A stretch of DNA of 63,810 bases, counting the filler, from Dimorphilus gyrociliatus (lineage: Eukaryota; Animalia; Annelida): NCBI GenBank assembly GCA_904063045.1. It is 4 parts of 4 records of this genome, joined end to end, with 100 filler letters (N's around TTAATTAATTAA, not from the genome) between each part and the next. Parts side by side here need not be neighbours in the genome. Positions count along the whole stretch, not along the records: positions 47,280 to 58,147 come from CAJFCJ010000128.1; positions 58,248 to 63,810 come from CAJFCJ010000326.1; 2 more parts are not named here. One strand, 5' to 3'. The translations under genes and the position numbers were made by a program. Of this stretch, positions 47,180-60,060 are shown in pieces (within the stretch, counting starts at the first letter, position 1; each line of letters opens with the position of its first letter). A model generated the notes under the pieces. The model was not told where the DNA came from. It worked only from the letters and a program-made list of their open reading frames with translations, and searched no databases.

Positions 47180-47279
47180 NNNNNNNNNNNNNNNNNNNNN
47201 NNNNNNNNNNNNNNNNNNNNNNNTTAATTAATTAANNNNNNNNNNNNNNNNNNNNNNNNNNNNNNNNNNNNNNNNNNNN
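47180..47279. other. Artificial scaffold linker 2
   Basis: 44 N + TTAATTAATTAA + 44 N. Confidence 0.97.
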
Positions 47280-47769
47280 TTTATATTAACCTTGACCTAA
47301 CTCAGTGAATTAGTTATTATTTATGTTTATCTTATCATATACAGTAATTTAGACTATATATATATATATATATATATAAAGTGGACAACATGTATATATG
47401 GACACCGTAAATTTTGATAGGCCAATTTTTAATTAATGGTTAAAACTGTTTGTCCTCTGCAAATTAGTATTTTTTGTCTAAATTTATATAGAAAAAGAGT
47501 TAAATTGACATAATATTGAAAAAAATTTAAGAAAATGATAATATCTTGTGAAGATTATTAGCAAAAATTTTTAATAATTTTCATAAGTTTTTTCTTTATT
47601 TGGCTGCGTGACATGTTTATTGGAACATTGAGTTGACATCCAGTTTGACATTCAAATAGACATCTCAAACAAAAACTTTTTTCCTGTTTTAAGTTAAGTT
47701 AATTAGTTATTGAATATTATAAATTACTGAACATAATTTATATTGTATTTTTTTAAATATGGTTTAGAG

Positions 47770-50100
47770 TCAAGATATAAGGGATTTTGTAATCAAGAAA
47801 TATAGTGAAATAGGCAAATTAAGGGCAACAGCAAGAGTTTCAGGAATGGCACCATCATCAATTAGCAACATACTAAAGTATAAGAAGCCAGAACAACGCA
47901 ATACTGAATAAATTACATCGTTCAAAGTCAGTAGACCTTTCTGAAAAGGGATTTGTAAAGAACATCCCAAATTGGAAAGAAAGTACTTTAGAAAGGCACA
48001 TGGGAATTTGAAAATATCATTTTAAAAAAAAGAATCCATTATTGATAACATTACTTCTCCTCAAACCTTTAACCACAGTGTTTAAGCCACTTCAGAAGGC
48101 TAATTGAATTATAACTTGGCCAAAATTTAACTGAACATATCTAAAAAGTATACACTAGTTTTTGTCCTTTAATTTGTCCAGAGTTCTTCAGTACATGAAA
48201 ACAAATAAAGGCTGTAACAGATGGAGTTAGTTTTGATGCTAGTTTGGTAATTTGACAATGTACTTTTACAAACTATCTACCATGCCATTAAACTTTCATA
48301 TTGTTACTTGCTTAAGTATTCTATTTTGAATAACCATTTTTACTGCAAACTATGTCAACATTAAATTGACTATATTTGAATATAATTATGTACAATTGCA
48401 AAGTTAATACTATAATTTCCTAAAATTGGTGAAATGGTAAATCAAGCAGCAATTATCTTCTGATAAGTCCAACTTTTATGCTAGAAATGGGACAAAATCA
48501 TTTTCCCTAACTACACTCAAAACTCTACTTGAAAAAGGTAAGGAAAGCTTAAGTATCATATTCTGAATGGCTGACTCCTTCTTGGGAAGTAGGCCTTTGT
48601 TGGTTTTAAGTGTTAGTTTAACTGATTTCATCTTCAAGATAATAAGAGCCTGGGCAAAGATGAAACATTTGGATGAAATTATTTTGAAATTTACACCTTT
48701 TCTATGCAAGGACTGAGAAAAAATCAGTGGCAGATATAATTTAAATATGAAGTCTAGAATTCTTTATATATTAACAAGTCTCAAAGTATCCTCTTTTATA
48801 ATAACATGCTTTTATGATGTTGCTTGTAAATTAAATGAAAATTTAATAGAGATTTTATAGAAGAAATGTTCAAATATTCAAATATTAAAACTCTACCCAC
48901 AAAATACTAACATTTAGAATGAATTCTGTTTTAAATGATACAATTGTATGTCCAGAGTTTTGCCAAAAGAATATGTTTTGAGTCAATGATTTGCAAACTA
49001 ACAGTACAGTGTTGCCTATGATAAGATCAAATTACAGCATTTTTATGCTAACTCCATCTGGTGTTGCATAACATTTAATAGTAATAACTGGTTAGTTACT
49101 TGAGTAGAAAAGGTCAGAGATATTTAAATTTTCAGGTAGACAAATAGCCTAAAGGTAGATAATTCAGCTTTTTTTATAATTTACCTTAAAATAACAATAT
49201 ATCTTTCATTTATAATTCATTTGTTTCCTATAAAAAGCATATCTAAATTACTAAGAAATGTCTTTCTGTTGAATTCTCTACATAATTCAATTGCATTGTT
49301 TAATTGTTAATTTTCTAACAATTCCCTCTTTTTTCATGTAAAGATTAACCTTTTGAAATATAAATTAATGATTCATTAATATTCTATGCTTAATAATATT
49401 ATAGTAGGTAAAATTGTGTATTTTAGAATCAAAATTTCATTTTTGCTTTTAGAGTAGTGAATAGGAGAGTGAGAATGTGTGTCTCTGTTCAAACATTTTA
49501 ACAAACAATTTATTTCAACACACACCATTAATTCCCAGTTCAAACCTAACACAGTCTAAAAATAGTAAAGTTCTATTTTCTTATCATAGTATCTCTAATC
49601 TAACCCAAACTACTAGACATATTCTCCCATTCACAGTTATTTTATCAATTATTTTATTTGACTGCTTAATTTTTTGAAGATATACTGCAAAGTTATTAGA
49701 TTGTTAGTCTACTTTTTAAATTATTATTTGGCCTAGTAAACGGATACGTTTAATAATTTCATTTTTGCTGAACTTAAAAAATCTATCCTTAATTTTTTTC
49801 CCATATATAGCTGATTTTTCAGTGCAGCTATTCTTCCACTATCTTCCCATTAAGTTTGTATTTGTATCTTGTGATGTCCACTTTGAATTAGGCCTGTACA
49901 TTTTTAAAAGATGAAGGGACATCAGTTTGGCCTTGTTTTCTATTTTCACTTTTTCTTTGTTTTCGTAAGAATTTAACATTACTAAAAAACACTAAACCTT
50001 TAAATAGAACTTTAAAGAGTTATTTTAAGACAAGCTGTTCTGTTGGTGAATATGATTGAAGATGACTTGATAAAGACAAGGCTTGGGTTACAGTTAAAAT
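47770..50100 (-). other. Possible multi-exon gene or pseudogene, unresolved
   Basis: Several AG-preceded open segments, including a hydrophobic terminal one (KGLLTLNDVIYSVLRCSGFLYFSMLLIDDGAIPETLAVALNLPISLYFLITKSLIS*). I could not build a consistent gene model. Confidence 0.3.
48339..48523 (+). repeat. 185-bp near-identical direct duplication (second copy at 50124-50308)
   Basis: TTTACTGCAAACTATGTCAAC...CTACACTCAAAAC is present twice with only a few substitutions. Confidence 0.9.
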
Positions 50101-50404
50101 AGATAAAAGTAGGCTAAAAAATCTTTACTGCAAACTATGTCAACATTAAATTGACTATATTTGAATATAATTATGTACAATTGCAAAGTTAATACTATAA
50201 TTTCCTAAAATTGGTGAAATGGTAAATCAAGCAGCAATTATCTTCTGATAAGTCCAACTTTTGTGCTAAAAATGGGACAAAGTCATTTTCCCTAACTACA
50301 CTCAAAACGTAATAATTGGGTCATTAATTTTGTCCAATTTGACAAACTTGTATTAAAAGAGACAACACGAAACAAGAACTGTAACAGTTGTTTATGAAAA
50401 TACA

Positions 50405-52500
50405 ATGAAAATCATTCTATATTTAACAATTTCAATATCTTTGCTTGTTTTTAAAGTAAACTCAGATGGTAACAATTTGGTGTTAAGTTCATTTATTAAT
50501 CCAGAAACATGTTCCCAGTTGGCATATAAAATTTCAAATTGGTTTAACATTGAAATGTCTCATACTTTAGACAGAGAAACTTATAACCTTGTAATAGTGT
50601 CAATTTCACGTATTATTGATTTGGAAGTACTAAATGATCCTAAGCAACTGTCTAAAGGTATTTGTGCAGTTTTAAACACTAAAACACTGATTGGATTGTG
50701 TAAAGAAATTAGAAATCATTTCAAATCTAATAAAACAATTGTTGATTTGGCATTGATGTTTGAGACTCAATATATGTTTTATTATGATTATCTCAACACT
50801 GACTACTATTTAAAGCATATAAGAGAGATGAAAGATTTCTTCAACTATCTTCATAAATATATTGTTGGGAAGAATGTGACAAAATTACTGGAAGATGATA
50901 AGGATATTGATATACTAGTTAATAAAATGTCTTCGGAACATGGCTATTATTGGTTGTTTAGTCTACAGGAATCTGGAATTTATCAAGATATTTTTCGAAT
51001 TAATGCTAATGGACAAAATAATGAACAAATTAGGCCTATTGCTTTGGCAATAATGGGTAATATTCATTTTTTATACTATTTCTTCATTCAATCATTCTTA
51101 CTTTCTTGCCTCTAGAAAAATGCCCACAGAAATATTCCAAATATCATCCCTATCACAAAAATGTACAAAACTTTATCATGACAGCCTACACCCTACTGCA
51201 AAATGGAACAGCCATCAGTAGATCAGCAGAAGCTTATGAAAAAGGTTATGAAATAGTTGAGTACTTTAATGAAGCTGGTTTATTTGATAGGCCTAAATGC
51301 AAAAATGAAGAAACTGTTTATAAAATTATTGCATTTCTAACTGAGCATAAAAGTGAAATATTTAAATTTTTACCTGGAATGGCATACCTCGATAGAGAAT
51401 TGATAGGGTCTGGTACAGGTATTAAACTTGTTGTTTGTACTCTCATTAATTCTAAAGATTTAACACAATTCAATAATATATTGGGAATGTATACTTTTAC
51501 ACCCAAATTGAATATTGAAAAATATGTACATCTAGCAGCATCTCTTTTCGTCCTTCCTTCAGAGTTCTATCACAAAGCAATGGAGTTTAGCAAAGATTTC
51601 TTGTTGAGAAGTATCCTCATTAACAATTCACCTGGAAAACAGAAAAATCTGATCAAAATGGGCAAACAATTGATGGATATCTATGAAGATTTAAAGAATA
51701 TAGGCCTAGTCAAGTTAATAGAGCAAACTCCAAAAACATGTGATGGTAGTAAATATGAAATTGTTGGTGACATTGTGAAATATTTAAAAAAGAATGAACA
51801 TGTTCTATCAAATACAATCTTTGCTTTGGGAGAAAAATATATCAACTATTCAATCCCTTCTGTAGATTTCTCACATTGGATTTCAGACTTTTTATGCCTA
51901 CTTTCTGAATCTTCTATGCAAGACTTTCATTCCACTCTCTATGGTTATTTAGGCAGTTTCAATACAGTCTACTATGGCAAATATGTATGCACCATTTCTG
52001 AATTTCGGAACAAAACTGGTAATAAACGTTTTCAAAAGGCATTAAATCTTTGGGAATTGATTTTAGATGGTTACGAAAAAATGAAAAAAATGAAAGCTAA
52101 TAAGCAAGATAATGAAAAGATTTCTTCATTTGTTGAGAAAGTCCTTAAAGTCATAACAAAATCTTTTGGAAGAGATCATTGGACAAATAATTTAGATCCA
52201 ACTGGAAATTTTTACTACTATTTGGACATAAGCTTTTGGTTTAATGAGACAGAAGTAGCTAAATATCTTGTGGAATCCAAAACTGTTGGCGAATTTAATA
52301 CCAAAATGATGTTTTGGGATTATATGTACAACACCAGTGTTGTTGTGTTTGATATTGTTGAAAATTTCACTAATTATGGTTGGAGAAAAGTTCTAGATAC
52401 TATAGAAGAGCTTGGAAATCTTATAATTAAGTCACGTGATACAGATTTAATGAAAAATTTAGAACAGATTTGTCTTAAACATGAATACTATTATTATTAA
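50405..52500 (+). CDS. Secreted 678-aa helical protein of unknown function (two exons, intron 51057-51115)
   Basis: A 59-nt GT-AG phase-1 intron joins the two track ORFs (..AIM-E-KCPQ..). Signal peptide MKIILYLTISISLLVFKVNS. Confidence 0.85.
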
Positions 52501-53803
52501 AAAACAATAGTGAATTTTGCTAAGCTTTGAAAAGGAAAAAAAAAAGTTGAGTAATAACTTATAAGAAATTTTACAAACTTTTTTTTCATTTTGTGATTGC
52601 TAACCCTAGAAAAGCTTAAAACATTGCTTTAAACTTAAACAGCATTTGATAATGACACAAAATACACTTTTTTTGATAGAACTTTGTCACTTGCATTCTC
52701 TTTGATAACTGTTTTCTTATTACATGCCCTTTTTGCCAGAAATATTTGAAAGTAGAGTATAAATAAAATCATTAGGAAGACATGTTATTGCTATACAAAA
52801 GAAAGAAATAGCTACTGCTATACTTAATGTATGTAATTCAAGTGTCTAAAGTATTTAATTCATAGAATACTTAAAAAACCAGTCTATTTCCAAGTAAGAT
52901 ATTTACTGTTGGTCATGTCTATGTCTATTTATAAGAGAAAGACGGAGATGTTTTGTGCAGTGAGATGCATAAAAATATCAAATATTTATTATCTTCCATT
53001 AAAAAATATACAGATGATGAGATCATTTTTCTAACAATAATGAATATTTTAATGACAACCTTTTAAAAGCTTTATACTTTAGCTTTGATCAATATTTTAG
53101 ATTATCATTAAAGAGATTATCTGGGAATGATAAAACTAATCTATTACAGTAGTTACAAACAAACACAAGCAGAATGAGTGATTACAAAACATTGAAAGCT
53201 TAAATTAATGTAAATTCGAAAATACAAAACTACATACATTTCTATTTTAACCTTGACCTTTAAAAGAAAATTACACTGCTACTGGAAAACAAAACTTTCC
53301 CTAACCATCTATTTTAGATCAAAAAGAATTCGACATTGTTTTATTGTGATATCAGTTTAAGATAAAAAAATCCGGAAAAAACCTAGGCATAAGGTTTATA
53401 GTAAACAACATTGATCTAGAAAATTCCATAACTTATAACAATTTTTTAATGTCAAAACTAAAAAAAAAGAAAGTTTGGTAATTTTTTACATAATCAGCGT
53501 TTTTTGAATTATGTAATGTGAATTTTTTCCCTGAATATTAGAGGAAGGAAGTTGATGAAAAAACTAGTATTTTTTTATGACCTAGTCTCTAAGTTGGCTA
53601 TCTCATCACTATTCTAAAACTTCTAGTCATGAATGCTTTTTTATCTGCTGCCTTATCAGTTGTTCTGCTTGTCTGTAAGATTAGCAGTTGAGTTTAGGTA
53701 GATTATCTTTGCTTTGGCTAATGAGTATTGTAAAGAGGGACATAGGTTGAAAACTGAGCATTCCTGGCTAGCTGTATAATGCTTCTATGTGGACAATAAA
53801 CAT

Positions 53804-54799
53804 TCATTTCATTAGAAAGTGTTCATTAAGCATCGGCAAATGTAAATCGTTACTCAGGTTGAATTTTGATCCAGTAACATTTTTACCAGTTTTGTCATTT
53901 GCAATAAAATATACAAGTTCAGCAATTTCTTCGCAATCTGGAATTCTTTTAAAAAGCATGTGTTCTCTCATTTCTTCTAGTATCATATCATTTTCTTCCT
54001 TTCCTGCCGCAAGACCAGAACTGAGGAATGTGTCTGTGTTGATAAGTCCTGGAAGAATAACATTTACCCTAATGCCGGCGTCTGCTCCGTATTCTATTTA
54101 TAGAAAAATTGAATTAGTATCTATTATCAATTCTCTTTGCTACTTATAGACTGAAGAGCAGGAGATTTCTTACCTTTTGCTGCCATTTGAGTTATAAGAT
54201 TCAGTCCAGCTTTTCCGACAGAGTAAGATGATAAAGCAGGTGCCTTTGGGAAATTTAAATACATTTATTACCTGGTGAGAGAGAGAGAGAGATGATAGAT
54301 ATTTACCAGTACCATGTCAGATACGATACTACTAATATTAATGATGTTGCCCTTTGTCTTTTTCAAATAGGGATAGGATAATTGCATGAAGTTCAATGGT
54401 GCTCTTGTATGCATTCTAAACATTAAATCATAATCATCCAGTGTTGTGTCCTGAAATTTTTTCTCCACTCCATATCCAGCATTGTTAACCAATAGATCCA
54501 ATCTCTTAAACCTATCAATAGTTCTGTAAAAAGCTTGATGTACTTGCTCATCATTCAAAATATCGCAGGAGATGGTTAAAACCTGTGGGAAGGAACAAGA
54601 ATGATAACAATCAAATAAAAGAAAATCTTTTTTAGCCTACATCTAATTTTGAAAAATCGCCACACAATTCTTTAGTTTCATCTAACTTTTTAATTCTTCT
54701 TCCAAGTAGAGCCAAATCGTAACCACTTTTAGCCAGTTTTATAGCGATTGCTCGACCAATACCAGACCCTCCTCCAGTTATTAAAGCAACTTTTGACAT
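53804..54799 (-). CDS. Classical short-chain dehydrogenase/reductase (264 aa, four exons)
   Basis: Exons 54799-54641, 54582-54307, 54243-54174 and 54093-53804 (introns 58, 63 and 80 nt). TGGGSGIG, LVNNAG, NISS, YSVGK (YxxxK) and IRVNVILPG. Confidence 0.92.
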
Positions 54800-55970
54800 T
54801 GTTCTTGTATTGTAGAATAACGAAAATTTAACGAAAAGTTCTACCATTTTATAGAATTCCTTATCAGTCATTTATAACAAAGATTAAATTGATACCAACA
54901 GATAAGTAATGGACAACATGCTAACCAATAACTCTCTTAAGTATTGCAATAGTAGATTGATGAGGTAAAAAACATTCGCTTTCCAATGTTTCTTTATCCC
55001 TTTCAATTTTACATATATACTCAACTGAACTGTTATACAATCACAATATTAAGTAATTGTTACAAAGATAAATGACAGTAAAAATGTGAGCAAAATTGAA
55101 AATATTAGGCTAAATGGATAGAAACTAAGGATGTAAAAAATTTTTATGGATTAAGTACTAAATGCAAAGAAAAGCTAAGAAACAAAGACAATAGTCAGGT
55201 CTGTTCTATAAAAATAAAAATTGAATTGAACTGGCATTGGACACTATTGATTACACTGATAAAGAACAAGTAACATTGACCCAGTTTTAAGAAGTATTGT
55301 AAATGCGAGATAAAACATTCTAATAACTTATTAACAAATTATTCTCATCTCAAACTTTAATATTACAGTTCATTGATCTAAAAATACTATTATACATTAA
55401 CATGCCTTAATCAGACAATTTTTTCTCAGCATTCACTCATCACACATTTATTAACTGAAGCAATAAATTATTATTACTAAAGAAGAATACAAAACTGGTC
55501 AAATGGAACAATACTTATATTTTTTTCATTGTTGAACTTGACCTATGTACACTTAGAGATAACGTTAAAGTAATAATTAGGCTATAGATATGAGGGAACT
55601 TTGGAGGAACTTTTACCTCTTGACTCTATTGAGAGTGCCGATTGCACTGATAAAGATTAGCAGGCTTGATCTATTTTTGCATATGTAATGCATGGCAACA
55701 CGTTTTAAAAACAGTACAGCATTGTACTACTCTTGCCGGGTCAATTTATGCATTTGAAAATTATAAGAGTCTGGGAAAAAACGTCCCAAGGAGTGGGAAA
55801 AGATATTTGAATGTTAAAAAAGTTGCTCTATTTTGGGAACTAATGGTAATATAGTGAGAATATAATAATTAATAATTAATATATGTTTATAAAAATGTAT
55901 TAAAAATGTAAAAAGCAAAGAATGTTAGACAAAGTTTAAAAGTTACTAGAATACAAGCAAACTATGTAAA

Positions 55971-55999
55971 GGATGCGACAGAAAACGTCCACAAATCAG
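55971..55999 (+). mobile_element. MULE-type terminus (same family as 32124 and 33279)
   Basis: GGATGCGACAGAAAACGTCCACAAATCAG; a related GGGAAAAAACGTCCC lies at about 55773. Confidence 0.55.
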
Positions 56000-56223
56000 T
56001 GCTTTTACCATAATCCTATCCCAGCCCTTGGCAAAAGAGGGAAAGTGGAGACTTTATATTTCAAATTGGTAGTATTTTGAAGGCAAAGTAGTTAATCACT
56101 ACCAAAAGTATAATTAATAATTCCATTGCACACTTTTGCTATAAGGAAAAATTGACTTTCATTTCTATATTTAAAGTAACATTTTGGTGTGAAATTGCCT
56201 ATTGGTGATGAATATACCTGTAA

Positions 56224-56560
56224 CTATTTAATGTTATTGTACATTGATTGCAAGCAATATTCACCACATAAAAATTCATCATCGCCACACAATATAGTGA
56301 TTGACACTTCTTTTGGATATTTAGTGTTTGTAAATAAATTTCCCATTGAATCAAAAACTACTCTACACTTTGTCTTTGAGGCATTTTCAATGCATAATTG
56401 ATTTTGAATATTTTGATAATCCAAAGTGCACTTGCCTATTTTTTCATCAGTATTACTTCTGCAATCTTTTTGATGATTACACATATAACTTTTTTGAATA
56501 AACTTTCTTGGGCATGCCACTTTGAAATGATCTGTTGAAAACTCAAACTTTACATGACCT
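56224..56560 (-). pseudogene. LDLa-repeat fragment (GRL101-like N-terminus)
   Basis: CPRKFIQKSYMCNHQKDCRSNTDE and CGDDEFLCGEYC. Confidence 0.5.
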
Positions 56561-56637
56561 TTTCATCAATTATATAAAAAGCAATTCATACCATTGTAAT
56601 AATTTTTTGACTGAGAATATTTAAAATTTTCATCACT

Positions 56638-57220
56638 TTTCAATTTTACATATATACTCAACTGAACTGTTATACAATCACAGATCCTCCTCCAGTTATT
56701 AAAGCAACTTTTGACAATGTTCTTGTATTGTAGACAAAAGAAAATATGACGAAAAGTTCTACAATTTTATAGAATTCCTTAGCAGTTAATTACACTGAAC
56801 AAGCAACATTGACCTAGTTTCAAGAAATCTTCTACAATACTATTATACATTAGCATGCCTTAATCAGACATGCTTCCTCTGCATACACTCATCCCATATT
56901 TATTAACTGAAGTAATACATTATTATTATTAAAGAAGAACACAAAAATTGTCAAATAGAACAATACTTATTGGTTTTTCATTGTTGAACTTGACCTATAT
57001 GCGATTAGAGATAACGTTAAAGTAATCATTAGGCTTTATATAGTGGGGAACTTTGGAATTTCTTTTATCTCTTGACCCCATTTCATAATCTATAAGTGGT
57101 ATTGAGCAAAGTATTATGCTGTATTAATAGCACTGATAAAGATCAGCAGGCTTGATCTATTTTTGCATATACAATATATAGCAAAACACATTTTAAAAAT
57201 AGTACAGAACTGTGCTGTAT
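56638..57220 (+). repeat. Rearranged duplicate of the SDR 5' end and upstream region
   Basis: 56638-56682 matches 55001-55045; 56681-56786 matches 54763-54868 (SDR ATG changed to TTG); 56787-57220 matches about 55248-55725 with deletions. Confidence 0.85.
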
Positions 57221-57246
57221 AAGCACTGCTTATAACTAATTCAAAA

Positions 57247-57500
57247 TCAGAAAATCATCTGGTATAAATGTTGTATTAATTTGAAAATCAATATCATTTG
57301 GTTCTTTTGGCCTTGATTTTGCCTATTGATATTAGCTAATCTCTTCAGATTTTCCAGTTTTGGTATGCTATTTTCACTTTCATTGAAATTAATTAATAGA
57401 TCTTCAGAAGCAATTGCTCTTCCAGATGACTTGATGTCTACTCTGAATTCTTTTCTAGCAGAAATATTCACAATAAGGCTTTGATCCACCTAGATTGGGA
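57247..57500 (-). pseudogene. MULE transposase remnant
   Basis: IPKLENLKRLANINRQ, then after a frameshift RPKEPNDIDFQINTTFIPDDFL, typical of the region preceding the MULE catalytic domain. Confidence 0.6.
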
Positions 57501-57739
57501 TAACATAGTTGAAATTAAACAGTGAGGAAAACGTGTACAAATGAAAAATTTCAAGACAAAAATTTGGTTTGAGAAATGGTTAGGGAGAAGAAAAGAGCAA
57601 TTGATTTGTACTTAGGAGCTTTGTAACATCACTTTTACTGCCAGCTAGGCCTTTAGAAATTCAGTTAAATTGTTAACATTTCGGCTTTAACCTTGGCAAA
57701 TTGGTTTTTCCCATGTATTGGACAAAGACAATAAAAACT

Positions 57740-58147
57740 GAAATGTATTGCCCACCAAATTCAACAAGCATTGACAATTGTAAATATGTTTATAGACTGT
57801 AAGATATCTTACGATTTTTACAATTATATAATCTACAACTTACACAACCGATATCTATTCTAAAGAAACCACTTAACTTACCATAATTTGCATATCTTTT
57901 GTAAAAAAAACTGGTAAAAGTAATATTTTTCTAAAAATGTATGGCATTATGTCTGTATGGTGACGATGAAGTAAATTGCGGTATTATAAAAAATCATTAA
58001 GTTGTCATATTTCAATGTTATGGAATTTAGATTGTATCAATGAACAAACTGATAATTTATTAAAATTCAATTTCTTATCCAGAACAGGTTTTAAAAGAAT
58101 ATCAATCAAAGGAAAATAATTTTTGAATTTTCATGGTTGTTTCTTGC
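57740..58147 (+). pseudogene. Further GRL101-like LDLa fragment, cut by the scaffold end
   Basis: CPPNSTSIDNCKY and CLYGDDEVNCGI, parallel to ..GNDELNCGI at about 42540. Confidence 0.45.
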
Positions 58148-58247
58148 NNNNNNNNNNNNNNNNNNNNNNNNNNNNNNNNNNNNNNNNNNNNTTAATTAAT
58201 TAANNNNNNNNNNNNNNNNNNNNNNNNNNNNNNNNNNNNNNNNNNNN
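58148..58247. other. Artificial scaffold linker 3
   Basis: 44 N + TTAATTAATTAA + 44 N. Confidence 0.97.
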
Positions 58248-58263
58248 AAGCGATATACGGAAT

Positions 58264-58266
<3 letters not shown>

Positions 58267-58302
<36 letters not shown>

Positions 58303-59382
58303 ACGGACGAACAGATAGACAGGCGTACTAACTAAATGAATGAACGAATAAAAGAATAATGTAATACTAAAGCAAAAAAAGTGCCTAGAATAATAATCGC
58401 AATGAACAAGAGGCTATCGTCTATAAATAATAGGTGGCACTTATTAAGTTAACCTCTTTAAGTTGACAACTAATATACTAAGGCGTAAGCCTTTACCACA
58501 ATCAAATGTAATTCTATACATAGGAAAAACAATGATAATATCTCACCAAACGTTCAATTATCGAATAATATTTAATTTGGTATCCTTTTTGTTATAAAAA
58601 AAAAACTTCACTATAAGGCGTATATTATATATTACGTCTCTCTTTCAATCCTTCTTTCACATTGTGTCTCTGTGTGTGTGTGTATTCATTTATATATACA
58701 GTATATATATATATATATATCTATATATTATATATTAATATATATATATATATATATTCTGTATATAGACCTCAATCTCATTAACTGTAACCAATTAATT
58801 TTTCATCTTACTTTCTCTTCAGCTCACTTATCCTTTAATCATAAAAATCATGTTTTTTCTTTGCTTACCTCCTACCCGCTATCTCTTTTTCTTGCTGCAT
58901 TTGTCACTTCTATCCCAATTTTTTTTACCCATACCGCACCCTTTCTCAACCCAACTGTGTCACAACTTTTGACCTCTGATAGGCTTGGTAACGAGTAATA
59001 GGACTATTGTCTAAATAATGACAAGTTCTTTTCGTGATAGGTTATACAATTTAATTGTAACATTTATCAGAGAAAATATTTCTTTCCTTTTTCATTTGCC
59101 TCAATAAATGAAATGTTTCTTGTATGGCTTTATCTTTCTCTCTCCTCTCTTCCCGTCCCTCCTCCCCCTCGTTTTTTTTAGTTTTTAAGCCATTTCTTTT
59201 CGTTTAATTCAATATTCGAGACTTTTACACTAAAGCCTACATTTAGACGCCTCCATAAAGCTTAGTAATTCTCTCGAGTAAACTCTATAAGAATCTATTA
59301 CTTTGTGGATAGATTGATTTAAGAAAGGAAATTGATTCGTAGTCGAAGAAACTGCGAAAATCACGACTAAAATTGTATAGAA

Positions 59383-59430
<48 letters not shown>

Positions 59431-59651
59431 TGCAGAGATACAGAGACAGAGAGAGCGAGAGAGGATGATATAAACAGAGGGGACAAGAGAGTGCATAAAA
59501 ACAAATCTTATTTTTTACATCTTATTACGAATATCTATTTGTGAGGGACAAATATACAAACATATAGTTGATATGTTGTATATATTCATAGGTTGTATAT
59601 TATATATATAAAACGAAGAAGATATTTATATATATATATAAATATATACAT

Positions 59652-59705
<54 letters not shown>
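58267..59705. repeat. Cluster of microsatellites: (AG)n at 58267-58299, 59386-59412 and 59656-59705, plus (AT)n and (ACAG)n
   Basis: Direct reading; more (AG)n, (AC)n and (AT)n runs continue to about 62885. Confidence 0.95.
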
Positions 59706-59710
<5 letters not shown>

Positions 59711-60060
59711 AAGAGAAATTATAGAGATAGGTATATACATTGTATACTAAATAGTCGGAAAAGACAGAGAAAACGGGTGTAGATATGTCATGAATTCCTT
59801 ATATTGATCTCGTAGATCTGGTAGCTGTAGCTTTATCCGTTAAATACATCACTAGGCAGTAAATCACCCTGTTCCTTCTCTCACTCGCTCCACAAGTCGT
59901 TTAAGTGGCCGTGGATTATTATAAATCATATTCCTTGTCTTCTCTTTCAATCTGTTAGACTAATAAAAATTAGCACTTGTACCTATTTAAATTAAATTCA
60001 ACAATCATTAAAAATACATCTCCATTGAATGGATTAACATTTTAATTTGAATTAATACAG

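Noticed and set aside
30974-58247. TTAATTAATTAA palindromes as biological sites
   Set aside because: Each is centred in exactly 44+44 N; this is an assembly concatenation linker. No synteny or gene-cluster inference should cross these points.
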